64,000 nucleotides of DNA from Octopus vulgaris (Eukaryota): assembly GCA_951406725.2 (NCBI GenBank), contig OX597817.1, positions 39,184,001-39,248,000 on the forward strand. The letters run 5' to 3'. The translations under genes were made by a program, and so were the position numbers. Under the pieces are notes generated by a model. That model saw only the letters and a list, made by a program, of their open reading frames with translations. It did no database searches and was not told the DNA's origin. Below, in pieces: positions 27,115-39,945 of the stretch; position 1 is the stretch's first letter, and each line of letters begins with the position of its first letter.

Positions 27115-27440
27115 AGCGTGGCACCTTGGGCAAGTGTCTTCTACTGTAGCCTCGGGCTGACCAAAGCCTTGTGAGTGGATTTGGTAGACAGAAACTGAAA
27201 GAAGCCCGTCATATATATATGTATATATATATATATATGTGTGTCTGTGTTTGTCCCCCTAGCATTGCTTGACAACCGATGCTGGTGTGTTTATGTCATC
27301 GTTACTTAGCGGTTTGGCAAAAGAGACCGATAGAATAAGTACTGGGCTTACAAAAGAATAAGTCCCGGGGTCGAGTTGCTCGATTAAAGGCGGTGCTCCA
27401 GCATGGCCGCTGTCAAATGACTGAAACAAGTAAAAGAGTA
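27115..27440 (+). mobile_element. 5'-truncated OR2-like SINE
   Basis: Starts at gcgtggcaccttgggcaagtg and runs to the gtaaaagag tail. Confidence 0.85.
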
Positions 27441-29089
27441 TAGAAAACATGATGATGGTAGTGAATATATTCCAGAGTTGTATATCTGTTCTGCACATGA
27501 GTCTGAGGTCATGTATTGAGATTAAAACAATTACATCATGGCTGAATCACTTTAGCAATCTAAGAAAACAACAAATATTATAGTTGGTGGAATCCTGTCA
27601 TAACAGATTAGCAATATAATGAATTTTTCAATTAATATATTTGTTTTAATAAATGGCCATAATCTTATGGAAATAAGTCTTGTAGCAAAATTTGTTACTA
27701 TAGAGCAAAACTGAACACTTAGCTAAGATTTCTTGCTTCAATTTAAATTATTTTAAAAACCATTTTTGAGACATCAGTCCTGTAAATCAAAATATGTATA
27801 TAATATTGATTGAACTATGGACAATGCAATGGGGAGACAGTCAATTGCCTGAACAGTGAGTGGGATGCTGTATTAATATGCTAATGTATCAGACAGGTGC
27901 ACTGAACAAATTTGTCTCTTGTATTGTCATTTTTTTTGTATCCTTTACCATTGTAGAGGATACAATGGAAAGAAAAAAAAAAAAAACGTCTGCTTCACAC
28001 ATGCTGAAAATTTCAAAGGTCACGACAATAAGAATATATTTATTTATTAATTTGTAAACATTAGTAAGAACAAAAGTGTTCTAACCATGGCTATCAAGCC
28101 TTTTTCTTGGAATCAGATTCTTTTAAACAAAACCATTCCAACTGATTATCTTTCAAATTCTCCATCTGTGACCTTTGACCTCAGTCTTGTATAAATTCAG
28201 TGATTGTCTCTTTTTTCTTTAATTCAGTAACAAGTGTTCTAACTGTGACTATCCCTTCGTTGTTTTCAAATTTCAACTCAGACATCATCATCATCATTCA
28301 GTGCTTTAAATCTGGGTTTTGTCTCTGTTAATGGGGGTGGCTGGATCTACCTCACACCATCTTGCCCGGTTTTTGGGTGTCCTCCCTTCTCAAACCCAGG
28401 ATGAAGGTTTGCACTTTCCTTTTTCAGGTAGGCAGGTGCAGCCCATTCTCCTTTGCTGTCATGATGCTAGGGCCCCCTACCAATACAAGTCTAAATAAGT
28501 GAATATTATCAATCAAGGTTTATAAAATCTAATATAGTTTGATAAAACAGTTTAATATATATTATTGCAGTATAACAGTTAAAAATAACATGAAGAATCT
28601 GAATTTACCAAAATGTTTCAAAACATTAAATATTCTATTTACTGTGTTCTTGTAAATAGCGTGAATAAGAGTGTATTTATGATTTGTTTTTTGGCAATCT
28701 CATTATAACAAATCTTTTGATACAACAGATATGGCCATGTGGATACAGTGTTTGCTTTGTTACCACAGGGTTTTGAGTTCTATCTCAATGCATGGCATAT
28801 TGAGCAAGTGTCTTTTGTTGTCGCCTTAAGTTAGCCTAGTCCTTAAAAATGAAATTGATAGAAGAAAACAGTTTAGCAACCCATTGTGTGTGTATGTGCC
28901 ACTAGGACATGAAGTAGACAATGTGTATATGTGTGGCAGCAATATATATGTGTACATTCTTTAAACATGCTGGTGCATATAGTGTTGGAATTTTTGTTGA
29001 TAGGTGTTATGTGGGTATGTAGGGGGTGGGTGGGTTTAAATATAGGGACTGAGGTGGATAATGTGTGTTAAGCTGAAAAAAGTGAGGTT

Positions 29090-31010
29090 AAATGAGAAGG
29101 GGGTTGGGATTTAAGATTGTTGAAGACTAAAATCTGGAGGGGTAAAATTTCCTGTTCCAGATGGCGATGGGAGTTCAGGAAGACTTCTGCAAGAGCAATC
29201 TGAACACATGTTCAAAGGTATGACTAGCTGAGTGGAAGTGGCATGAAGCTAGAGTGTTGTTCTTATGTCCCATAATTTGTTGGCAAAATGATCGGCTTGG
29301 CATCAACTAGTTTGTCCTATGTAAATAGAGAGGCAAAAAGAGCAGAGGATGCAGTAAATTAGATTGAAGGTGAGTGGAGTCAGTAACATGGAAGAAGTGG
29401 TAATGGGTATCAGTGAGATCAGGAGTGTTTGAGAGGAAGGGATATGCATGGCAGTGTGAGCGAGAGCAAAGGGAGAAGCCAGGTTGACTGCCAGGAGTGA
29501 GGAAAGATACAAACCAGTAACTTGTATTTGGTTATGGGTGTATTTGAAAAAAAGGGAGGGGTGAGTTGGGAAAAATATAGGTGACAGGGCAGGATTCAAG
29601 GTGCAGAAAGCTTGTTATATATTGCATTGGAGTGATAGTATGGAGAAATGGTAGGTGAGGGGTAAAAATGGTAGGTGAGGCAGGTAAAAGTGGGACAGGC
29701 TCAGGAAGAGATGGCTGATGCATGGTTAACAATCATTGATATACCAACCATATAGTTCAGGAATGAGAACAGGGAACTGAGAATATAGGTGATGAACAGG
29801 TTCATGTAGTTGGGGTCCATCTCATTCCCATTGCCATTCCCAAGACTTGTTGGTAGAACTCTCCTCTGAATGGAAAGCAATTTAGGTTAAGAATAAGTTC
29901 AGCCTAATAGATGAGAGTAGAAGCGCTAAGCTAGGGATGGGTGTTTTGGTCTAGAAAATGTTTGAGGGTGAGGAGGCCTTCATTATGAAGAATGACAGTG
30001 TAAAAGGGTTTGATATCAAGGATGAACAGGTGATGGGAAGGTCCTGGAGGGAAAGAGAAGAATTTGAAGAGATAAAGTGTGTGGTAGGTATTATGAATGT
30101 GGAAGGGAGTGTAGCCACCAAGGGAACAAAGATGAGGTCAAGATATGTAGATATTAATTCTGTAGGGCACTTGCAGACAGAGAGATAATGGTATAGCCAG
30201 GATTGTTGGGTTTATGGATCTTGGGAAGGAAGTAAATGATAGGAGTGCATGGGGTTCAGACGAAGAGGTTGGAGGTAATAGGGAGCAGGAGGGATGAGGA
30301 AGTGAGTTTGTGGCTAGTGGAGGAAATGACATGTTGGTTGTGAGGCATGTGTTGGAGGGTAGAAGACAAGAGTTGAAAGTGGTAGTCTTGTAGAGGTTTG
30401 CACAACTACAGCTCTGCCCTCGTCAGCTGATTTAATGCTGAGGTTCTCAGAGTTGGAGGCAATGAAAGGCCTAAAGTTTGGCTTGGGAGATGTTAAGTTG
30501 TCAGTCATACTTATGGATTAAGGGTATGGTAACAAATGCTTGCAAACTGTTCAACTGCATGGAAGTGACCAGGGGCTGACATCCAATGGGATAATGCAGC
30601 CCAGGTCAGTGAAGCAGTCATGTTTACTTGGTGCGGGTAGGACACCTTCCCTTCACCACCTAACCTACTTTCCTCCTCCTCCTCTCTTGCTACTCCTCTT
30701 CATGCTGTAACTATTCCTCCTGATTTTCCTCTCTCTAAAGCTGAGCATTCCCTCCTCTGTAGGGGGACTTCATTTCATATCCCTTACCCTATACAGCAAT
30801 GAATTTCAAACCTAGGCTGATATCAGACACTTTGTGCACCATGACATGCATGGGGCAGGAGATGGCAGCAGGTGTATGAGTGTTGGCAGTGGAGGGGAGA
30901 GTGGTGGTGGTGTGAAAGTAGGTATTGCAAGGAGTGGGGAAAGAGGTGGGTGTAATGGTGTAGGGTGAGAGAGGGTGGGTGAGTGATTGAAGCTTGTAGT
31001 TCTTGGTGTA
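29090..31010 (-). mobile_element. Decayed, internally rearranged Penelope-like retroelement (RT plus GIY-YIG endonuclease)
   Basis: Minus-strand IKSADEGRAVVV, LFILDIKPFYTVILHNEGLLTLKHFL, AELILNLNCFPFRGEFYQQVLGMAMG, WYINDC (catalytic YIDD mutated), NLIYCILCSFCLSIYIGQT (GIY-YIG). The N-terminal piece VTIPPDFPLSKAEHSLLCRG is on the + strand at about 30700-30840. Confidence 0.9.
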
Positions 31011-31576
31011 AGAAAGAAATTATTTGGGCTTTGATGGCCCTTCTAACACATGGCAGCATAGAAGGCTGATGTAAAACGATGATGATGATAGTTATTGCTG
31101 AGTTTTGCTTGCTTTTAGTTGGTTGGTCTAGAAAGATTAAAATATGATACAGTATTCATAAAATTAATTTGTCTGGCTAAAAGAAATTAGCAGATATTGA
31201 CACTGCTAATAAATACAGTTAAATATTTGGTGACCTCATTAAAACCATGATTTAACTTTAAAATACAATTTTAATTTTATTCTTTAAAACTAAAATTGGT
31301 GTATTTCAATACACCAGCATTTTTGATAACCAAACACCACTCAGGTCTCAAGGGTGCTGGACAGGCAAAACAGTGTTGTATAATTCCTGCATTTGCAGTA
31401 GTATGGTAAATTGAGGGGAATTTTATTTGACAGTGCTTAAAGAATGAATTTTTTTTAGTTGTATACAAAAGCATGGTTGTGTGGTTGAGAAGTTTCACTT
31501 CACAATCACATGGTTTGAAGTTCAATCTCAGTATGTGACACCTTGTCTTCTGGTATAGCCTCAGGTTGATCTATAC

Positions 31577-32311
31577 CAGGGGTTCCCAACCAGGGCCCAC
31601 AGAAGCTTTAAAGGGATCCACGAGTAAAAATTGTAATTTGTGGGTCCATATATAAAATTTGTTTACTAGGAGAGGTACCAGTATTTATTGAAATTTTCAA
31701 GATTTGTATTTGGAATTTCATCATCATCATCGTTTAGCATCTGCTTTCCATGCTAGCATGGGTTGGACGGTTCACCTGGGGTCTGGGAAGCCAAAAGGCT
31801 GCACTAGGCCCAGTCTGATCTGGCAGTGTTTCTACAGCTGGATGCCCTTCCTAACGCCAACCACTCCGTCAGTGTAGTGGGCGCTTTTTACGTGCCACTG
31901 GCACAGGTGCCAGATGAGGCTGGCAAATGGCCACGATTGGATGGTGCTTTTTACGTGCCACCAGCACAGAGGCCAAGCAAGGCTGGCAACGGCCACGATC
32001 GGATGGTGGTTTTTACGTGCTATCGGTACGGAGGCCAGTCGGGGCAGCGCTGGCAATGGCCATGTTTGGATGGTTCTCTTATGTGCCACTGGCACTGGTA
32101 TCACAGCCACAATTTCCATTGATGTTGAGCGATTTCAATTTTGATTTTTTGATTTATGTTATGAATATAACGAAATTGCTTCATTGTTAGTTTTTACTAA
32201 CCTACAAACAAATATTTTATTTCAAGAATTCACATGTGCATATATGGGGTCTACAGATGATAAAGATAGCTCTCAGCGGGTCCACAAGCAAAATAAGGTT
32301 GGGAACCCCTG
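31577..32311. mobile_element. hAT (Charlie-like) MITE carrying a nested insertion
   Basis: 15-bp TIR caggggttcccaacc / ggttgggaacccctg; 8-bp TSD atctatac / atctatat. Confidence 0.88.
31719..32145 (-). mobile_element. RTE-related non-autonomous element nested in the hAT MITE
   Basis: (CAT)n tail and four internal gctttttacgtgccac-type units about 60 bp apart. Confidence 0.8.
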
Positions 32312-33006
32312 ATCTATATCTTGTCAGTGAAATTTGGTAGACAGAGACAATATATGGCAGTCTGCTGCATGTACATGTGTGTGTTCTTGCATTGAATTCA
32401 CTTAGAGAGTAGTGACATGCATGTCCCATTGCTTGACAGTTTGACAAGTGAAGATGAGCACTTTACTTGGAAAACAAATAAGGGTTGACACCAGGGGCAT
32501 CTAGCTGTGGAACACTGCCTCAAGAAGTCCCATTCAAGCCATAGCATCATAGAAAAAGCAGATGTAAAAATGATAACACTGGTGATAACACTGTAAGCTA
32601 TTAAATATCCACCAGGCTTCATATAAATTTATATTTTTTTATTTATATTTTTTAATAAATTTTTATAAAAATTTATAATATAAATCTCCTGCCCCATACA
32701 TGTTATGGTGCACAAAGTATTTGATGCCAGCCTAGGTTTGAAATTCATTGCTGTATAGGTAAGGGATATGAAATGAAGTCCCCCTACAGAGGAGAGAGTG
32801 CTCAGCTTTAGAGAGAGAAAAATTTATATATTTTTTTTATTGAAGGTGTTTATAGTATAAAAGTAAAAGTAATCTAATGTAGATACCTTATAGACAGAAA
32901 TAATTATTTATAATTTAGGCATAAAACCAGTAGTTTCTTTTCCATTTTTTGTTTTTAGTGAGAGAGGAGTTAATCAATACAATCAACCCTGGTCCTTCAT
33001 TGGTAC

Positions 33007-33275
33007 CCCTTATGGGGTAGAAAGGGCTCCTTAGCCGTAGTGAAGGCAATCTATCTAGGGAGATAACCTTACAATAAATCACTCGGTCCGTAGCTTAGAA
33101 ATACTGGGTTGACGTCCAGCGGGAACAGCTTTGTTTCATGGAGGAGGAAAGATCTTCTTTAGTACTTGGTTGTACAATGCTTTCCAATGTGTGTAGTAGT
33201 GGCGCGCGCACACATTATTAGCCATTTGAAAAGACTATGAAAGTCTCGACCACGGTCGAACAATGATGATGATGA
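33007..33275 (+). mobile_element. Short non-LTR retroposon with 10-bp TSD and (GAT)n tail, no evident tRNA head
   Basis: TSD tcattggtac at 32997-33006 and 33276-33285; 3' hairpin tcgacc-ac-ggtcga before aatgatgatgat. Confidence 0.8.
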
Positions 33276-34449
33276 TCATTGGTACTTTATTTTACCAACC
33301 CTGAAAAGATCAAGATTAAGTTGAAATCAGATTCTAAATAACCAGAACAAATAATGCAAAGCATTTTTTCTGATGTTCTCATGGTTCTGCTAATCCACCA
33401 GCTTTCATAGACAGAAATAAAAGCATTATTACAAATCAAAGTCTTAACCATCATGGCTGAAATTCTCTTGATCTAAGGTTGCTGGTTATTCAGAGCTTGC
33501 CTGGAGTTACACAATAGCTATTGCTAAGATGGTATGGTATTGTAAAAAAATGATCTTGGACTTAACAAAAGTACATTGAAAATGAAATACACACACACAG
33601 CACGTTTGCGTTTTCTGTAGTAGTAGAATGAACAATGAATTTACTTGATATTCCAAACAATTTCATCTTTGAGACTAACATCAATAAGATACAAGCCAAC
33701 AGTAAAACCTCTACATTGTTGCTTGACATGCAAAAAATAACAGCCAAATAGCCTTCAACTCTTCCAGGGAGTCTTAAAAAGAACGAGAGAATGCATCTGA
33801 GAATGTAGTTTTACTAACAATTTACCCGGTAAAAAAATATCAGAAAGACCAGGGCTAGAATGCCTTTGATCATAGGTGTGTTTGTTGAAGACTGACCTGG
33901 GGCTAAGCAACAACAAGCTGGTTCAGTAGAAACTGTCACCTTTTATGAATTGAAAAAATGGTGTCTTTTTTCTTCCCCTGCTGTTTGGAAGAGAAATACG
34001 ATATTCTGTAGCAGCCATTTAGTATGACAATTAAACAGCAAGAGTTGGTTATTAACCTGTAAAGGTGAGAATAATTATCTCTTAAAAAATTTATTTCAAC
34101 TGCAGAAGAAATCCTATACTCCAGCTGATAGCAGTAGAAGAAGTAGTAGTAGTAGTAGTAGCAGTGATTTCACTAATATTATACTGCTGTTACTGACCAT
34201 TAAATAGCCTCAAAGCTTGCAAGTACCCTATTTCCTGGCATCAAGAATGTTATTTTTACACTAAAATAAGTTACAATAATGAAAATATACCTGTACTCTG
34301 TAAAAGTCAAAGGTTAGATTTTACATTAGTCAATTTGACCCCCAATGGAGGGTTAGCTGTACTAAACTTATTGTCTTCATGCTGTAAAAGTAAAAGACCC
34401 CTTACAGACTAATAGGGTCTATTATGTTGCTAAGCCACTAACAAAACAT

Positions 34450-34843
34450 TCTTTTCTTTTTTCTTTTACTTGTTTCAGTCATTTGACTGCAGCCATGCTG
34501 GAGCACCGCCTTTAGTCCAGCAAATCGATCCCAGGACTTATTCTTTGTAAGCCTGGTACTTATTCTGTCGGTCTCTTTTTGCCGAACCACTAAGTTACGG
34601 GGATGTAAACACACCAGCATCGGTTGTCAAGCGATGTAGCGGGGACAAACACACACACACATATATATATACATATATACGATGGGCTTCTTTCAGTTTC
34701 CGTCTATCAAATCCACTCACAAGGCTTTGGTCAGCCCGAGGCTATAGTAGAAGACACTTGCCCAAGGTGCCACACAGTGGGATTGAACTTGGGACCATGT
34801 GGTTGGTAAGCAAGCTACTTACCACACACCCACTCCTGCGCCT
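34450..34843 (-). mobile_element. OR2-like SINE, full length
   Basis: Reverse complement of the 9800 family; head ends cactcctgcgcct. Confidence 0.87.
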
Positions 34844-36500
34844 ATACATGTTTGGGAAGTTTGTAAAACAACCAGATACCTTGATTTTGTTTTTTATATG
34901 TTTCAGTCATTAGACTGCGGCCATGCTGGGGCATCACCTTGAAGAATTTTTAGTCAGCTTAATCGGCTCCAGTTTCTTTTTTTTTTTTTTTTGCAAGCCT
35001 GGTACTTATTCTATTGGTCTTTTTTTGCTGAACCTCTAAGTTATGAAGATGTAAATACAGCAACTCTGGTTGTCAAGCAGTAAGTGTGGGAGACAAACAC
35101 AGACACAAAGACACACACACATAAATGGGCTTCATTCAATTTTCATCTACCAAACCCACTCACAAGGCTTTTGTTGGCCTGAGACTAAAGAAGACACTTG
35201 CCCAAGGTACCATGCAGTGGGATTGATCCTGGAATCATGTGTTTGGGAAGCAAGCTCCTATCGTTGGGAAGCAAGATCCTTACCACACAACTACGCCTGT
35301 TAATCCCTATTTTTTTCCTAATTTTCAAGTCAGAATAGTGTGTCTAATTGTTCCAGGTGCCTACGAATTTCCAAGCACACAAACACCCTGTTACCCGATT
35401 TTCCCCTTAACCCAGTGATAGATCTAGGATGTGACAGCTGAAAGGAAGAGGAGGTTCATGAGCAACCAGTTGGTATGCATTTATGGTTGAATAGACTGGA
35501 GTAATAAGAAATGAAGTGCCTTGCTCAAGGACAATGAGTTGCCTTCTCCAGGAATTTAATCTGCACCTTTATGACAAGGAGCCAAGAGCAACCTAACAAC
35601 TAAACCATGCACCTTCACAATCAGAATATAAATATATTTAAATTGGACTCAACACTAAAACTAAACTGGCATTCCATTGGTTATGGCAATGTGGGTTCCT
35701 GTTGAACTGATCAACAGAACAGCCTGCTCATGAAATTAACGTACAAGTGGCTGAGCACTCCACAGGCATGTGTACACTTAACGTAGTTCTCAAGGAGTTT
35801 CAGCGTGGCACAGAGTGTGACAAGTCTGGCCCTTTGAAATACAGGCAACATGAAATAAAATTTCTTGCTCAAGGAAACGACTTGCTATCAGAAACTGAAC
35901 TGATGATCTCATTGTTGTTTGAACCCAGTTAGTCTTGACTGAGCAACTCATAATCACAGATTTCCCAGCCATGAACACCACATCCTTCTTTTCAAGTAAA
36001 TTAAATTACCCGATACATTCTTTAAGATGGTAGGGTGAGATTTAAAGGAAATTTGACTGCCATTTCTAGTGGATTGAATGACAGCACAGAGGTTTCTTTA
36101 GTGCATTGGGCTTTATGTTAGTCTGAAAATCAAATCTTTCCTTCATTTGATTATTAAAGCATCAAAGTAAAAGTTTTACAAAGTTGAATGTAAATGTATA
36201 CCTAATGTAGTTAACCATATAGACAGGAATAATTATGCATAAAGGAGCAAGTCCAAACCAGTTTGATGTATATGTTTCTCTCTCCCCACCTCACTGTTTC
36301 TATAGGCTAGGTCTCCTCTTTCTTTCTCTGTGTGTGTGTGTGTGCGTAGACAAAGTTGTGGGGTTAAGAGGTTTGTTTCCTAACCATGTGGTTTGGGGTT
36401 CAGTTCTACAGGGGGCACTTTGGGCAAGTGTCCTCTACTTTAGCTCCAGGACAAGAAAAGTATATGGTAGATGGAAACTTAAAGCTGCCATTCATATGTG

Positions 36501-36501
<1 letters not shown>

Positions 36502-36558
<57 letters not shown>

Positions 36559-36590
36559 TGTGTGTGTATGTGTGTGTGTGTGTATATGTG
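36502..36590. repeat. (TG)n microsatellite inside a decayed SINE
   Basis: Directly visible. Confidence 0.95.
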
Positions 36591-37571
36591 TCTTGATACA
36601 GCACAATAATTGAAAATGACCTCAACGTCATCATATAAGTAGTGTTGCTTGTTTTCTGGCTTTCATGAAAAGATGTCTGGCCAATATTATTTTACTTAAG
36701 AACTCAGTGACAATTGGTAACAGAAAGTGTGTTGGCCACAACAAATTCTATCTGACCTATGCAAACATGGAAAAAATGTACATTAGAATGATGATGATAT
36801 CACAGGAAAGTTATTATTTTAGCCATTGTTACATTCACTTTGGTTTCAGTTTTTTTTTCCTTGATAATATTGTCTACTTGTCTTGCCTAGGGTTCGCAAT
36901 TTCTGATGGAGATGTAGTGGTGCCAGCATGACATACAGTGTGTCTTTGGTAGTTCTTAGATCTACCAGAGGCAATCTTTTGCCATTTATGACAACAGCTG
37001 AATTCTTCCAGAAAGAGATAGAAACAAACAATAAAAAAGAGAGAGAGAGAAAGAGAAGAGTCAACCTCAGTATAAAGCTGGTATTTTAATTATTAGCCTT
37101 GATGAAAAACAAAGTTAACCTTGGCAGTTTTTGAACTCAGAGCATAGAAAGTCAGAATGAATACTGCAAGCTAATCTATCCAAAACTAATGACTTTATCA
37201 TAGTAATGTCGACTATGGGTTGTTAAATATTTGTCACACCACTTACATGTGGCACCTTGAGTGTGTTCTAGTGTAACTACAAACCAACAAGTGCTTTGTA
37301 AGGGAATTTGGTACATAGAAACTAGAAGAGATCAGTCATATGTAAATATTTTGTGTGTAAGTGTCTATAAACAATGATATTCTATGCCTCTCACTGCTTG
37401 AGTGAAGCTAGTGACAAGGACATTCAGTGTTGATATTATGATTTGTCACTCTCTGATTTTCAATGTCCTCTAGACTACAGAAAAAAGAATCCCTTTCTTG
37501 CAAAAGAGGAAGTGAATCTGGTTGTAAAAACCTGCCACAAATATCTTCCAGTGAATGCTAAATAGATGAGT

Positions 37572-37579
37572 ACATATAT

Positions 37580-37639
<60 letters not shown>

Positions 37640-37670
37640 GTATATATATATATGCACATACACATATACC
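37572..37670. repeat. (TA)n/(TACA)n microsatellite
   Basis: Directly visible. Confidence 0.95.
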
Positions 37671-37979
37671 CATACTTGCAAACACTTACATCAAATGAAC
37701 ATATATACTTTTACACGCAATTCTTGTTTGGAACAATATCTCAAAGCACATAAAGCTATAAATAATAGCATATAAATATTGGGTTGAAAAGTCCTGTTGG
37801 ATAGAAAAAGTCAAAGGTGTGACAATATTTACATGCTATTATTTATAGCTTTATGCACTTCGAGACCCAGTGTTTGAAAAAAGAATTATTTCACATTTCT
37901 TTTGAAAGCTTATAAAATTCTTATGACATCAGTAATGTATTGTTTTTCTGTAGTTTCAGCTCAGAACTGTGGCCATATA

Positions 37980-38316
37980 TAAAGGGTAAAGACCCCCTTC
38001 AGTCATGAATGACCATGGGATTGCACCTAGAAAGTTACCCTCCTACACACAAGTCCGGGCAAGGTTGTTTATGGAAGACCAGCAGTCGCCCATGCATACC
38101 AGCCTCCTCTCTCCACGCCACCAGTGTTATCCAAGGGAAACACAAAGGTCGATACAGCTTGGCACCAGTGACGTCGCAACTCATTTCTACAGCTGAGTGA
38201 ACTGGAGCAACGTGAAATAAAGTGCCTTGCTCAAGAACACAACACGCAGCCCGGTCCGGGATTCGAGCTCACAACCTCACGATCGTAAGCTCGACGCTCT
38301 AACCACTGAGCCATGC
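37980..38316 (-). mobile_element. tRNA-derived SINE (second family)
   Basis: Minus-strand head gcatggctcagtggttagagcg...gagctcgaatccc, then gtgttcttgagcaaggcactt; near-identical copy at 39617. Confidence 0.85.
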
Positions 38317-38372
38317 AGGTGGTGTACAAAACAAACAGATGTATTAGTATAACGCTCAGGAATAGAAAAAGC

Positions 38373-38408
38373 CTTTTACGTTTCGAGCCTACACTTTTCT
38401 ACAGAAAG
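38373..38408 (-). ncRNA. Degenerate variant hammerhead-like motif in a Penelope-type terminal fragment
   Basis: Minus strand: cttt CTGTAGA aaagtgtaggctc GAAA cg TA aaag; atypical CUGUAGA box and damaged stem II. Confidence 0.4.
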
Positions 38409-39616
38409 GGACACAGAAAAAACAAGGAGAGAAAAAAATGTGTGTAGTGGCTAACGATCTATCATGGCAGTGCAATATATAGAGTTATAGAATCTTGTGG
38501 CCATACATACAAACTTTTGTATGTATACACCAAGTTGAAACATTGGTGCAACCATGATGTTCTGGTGATCTGAAGATCTAGCCTTCTTTATCTGCATTGA
38601 TTTGTAAATTTACAACTCTATTGTACAATGCATAGCATACATATTAGTGCAGACATGTAAACATAATTCACTATTCACAGAAATTATTGTTACATGATGT
38701 AGGTTGCAAAACAGCTGTAATCCTAAGGATATCAAGTGGCTAAATAAATAAATTCATCTCTCCTATGTCCTGATGTTTTATGGTTTACACACACACACAC
38801 ACATTCATAAAAAAGGGATAGAAATAGCTAACATGAGTCTTAGGTCAAAATGCAAACTTTGGCTATGACAAAATGTTTAATTTACTCAATCTTATTGTCT
38901 TCAATAGTTTTTAAAGTCCTCCATGAATTATAAGTAGTTCTCTTGAGAAAATAACCAGCTTCATTTAAATATCTATTTAAAGACAATTATCTTAACTTAA
39001 GCATCTGTTAACCTATTTATATATTTATTTATAAAGTGAGACTTGCAATTAGAAATATATTCATCACAGGATATCTTCATTATATTCTCTTTTATAAAAA
39101 CTAGACGTTTTAATACATGCTTGCTATGCTTCTAATTATGACCATCTGTATCGTTAGTGAATGAAGAAACTTCTACATAGTCATTCTTGTGGTGGAAATA
39201 ACAGCCAAGTCTCCCTGAAATCCTACCCGATATCTTAAAAGAGAGAAAAAGGACATCTTAGATAATGTGATCCTTGGATACATTATATTGGAAAAGTTAG
39301 GAAAAAGGTGGGATAACTGGAACGCTTTTTGATTAGATGTCTGCATGATCAGAACTTTCCTAGGGCTAAAAATCCGCCTACAGTATTGCTATTTGATTTT
39401 TATTCTCAAAATACTTGATTATTGTGGGGTCATATAGTAGGCAAGTTATCTAACATTTTTTCAAAAAATAGGTACCAGCTCCCTTTTATCACATTTTAAA
39501 CAAGTCAATGAAGTCATTCAACTTTCTAGAAATAACAGCCAGATCTCCCTCAAAATATATCTTACTCTCATACAGAGGAGGACACATGGTAGTCTACAGT
39601 ACACTTGATTAAATTG

Positions 39617-39945
39617 AGACCCCCTTCAGTCATGAATGACCGTGGGATTGCACCTAGAAAGTTACCCTCCCGGGCACAAGTCCGGGCAAGGTTGTTTATG
39701 GAAGATCAGTAGTCGCCCATGCATGCCGGCCTCCCCTCTCCATGTTACCAGTGTTATCCAAGGGAAAAGCAACAGCAGATACAGCTTGGCACTTGTGACA
39801 TCACAACGCATTTCTACAGCTGAGTTAACTGGAGCAACATGAAATAAAGTGTCTTGCTTAAGAACACAACACACAGCCCGGTCTAGGATTCGAACTCACA
39901 ACCTCACGATCGTAAGCTCGATGCTCTAACCACTGAGCCATCTGC
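39617..39945 (-). mobile_element. tRNA-derived SINE, same family as 37980
   Basis: Direct repeat of 37990-38316 with scattered substitutions. Confidence 0.85.

Noticed and set aside
31880-32100. CRISPR-like spaced repeats of about 60 bp (gctttttacgtgccac)
   Set aside because: The spacers resemble each other, the array is internal to a dispersed retroelement, and the context is eukaryotic with no cas genes.
38235-38316. tRNA gene candidates (also at 39880, 42070, 44030)
   Set aside because: These are tRNA-derived SINE heads continuing into SINE bodies; no clean cloverleaf with terminator.
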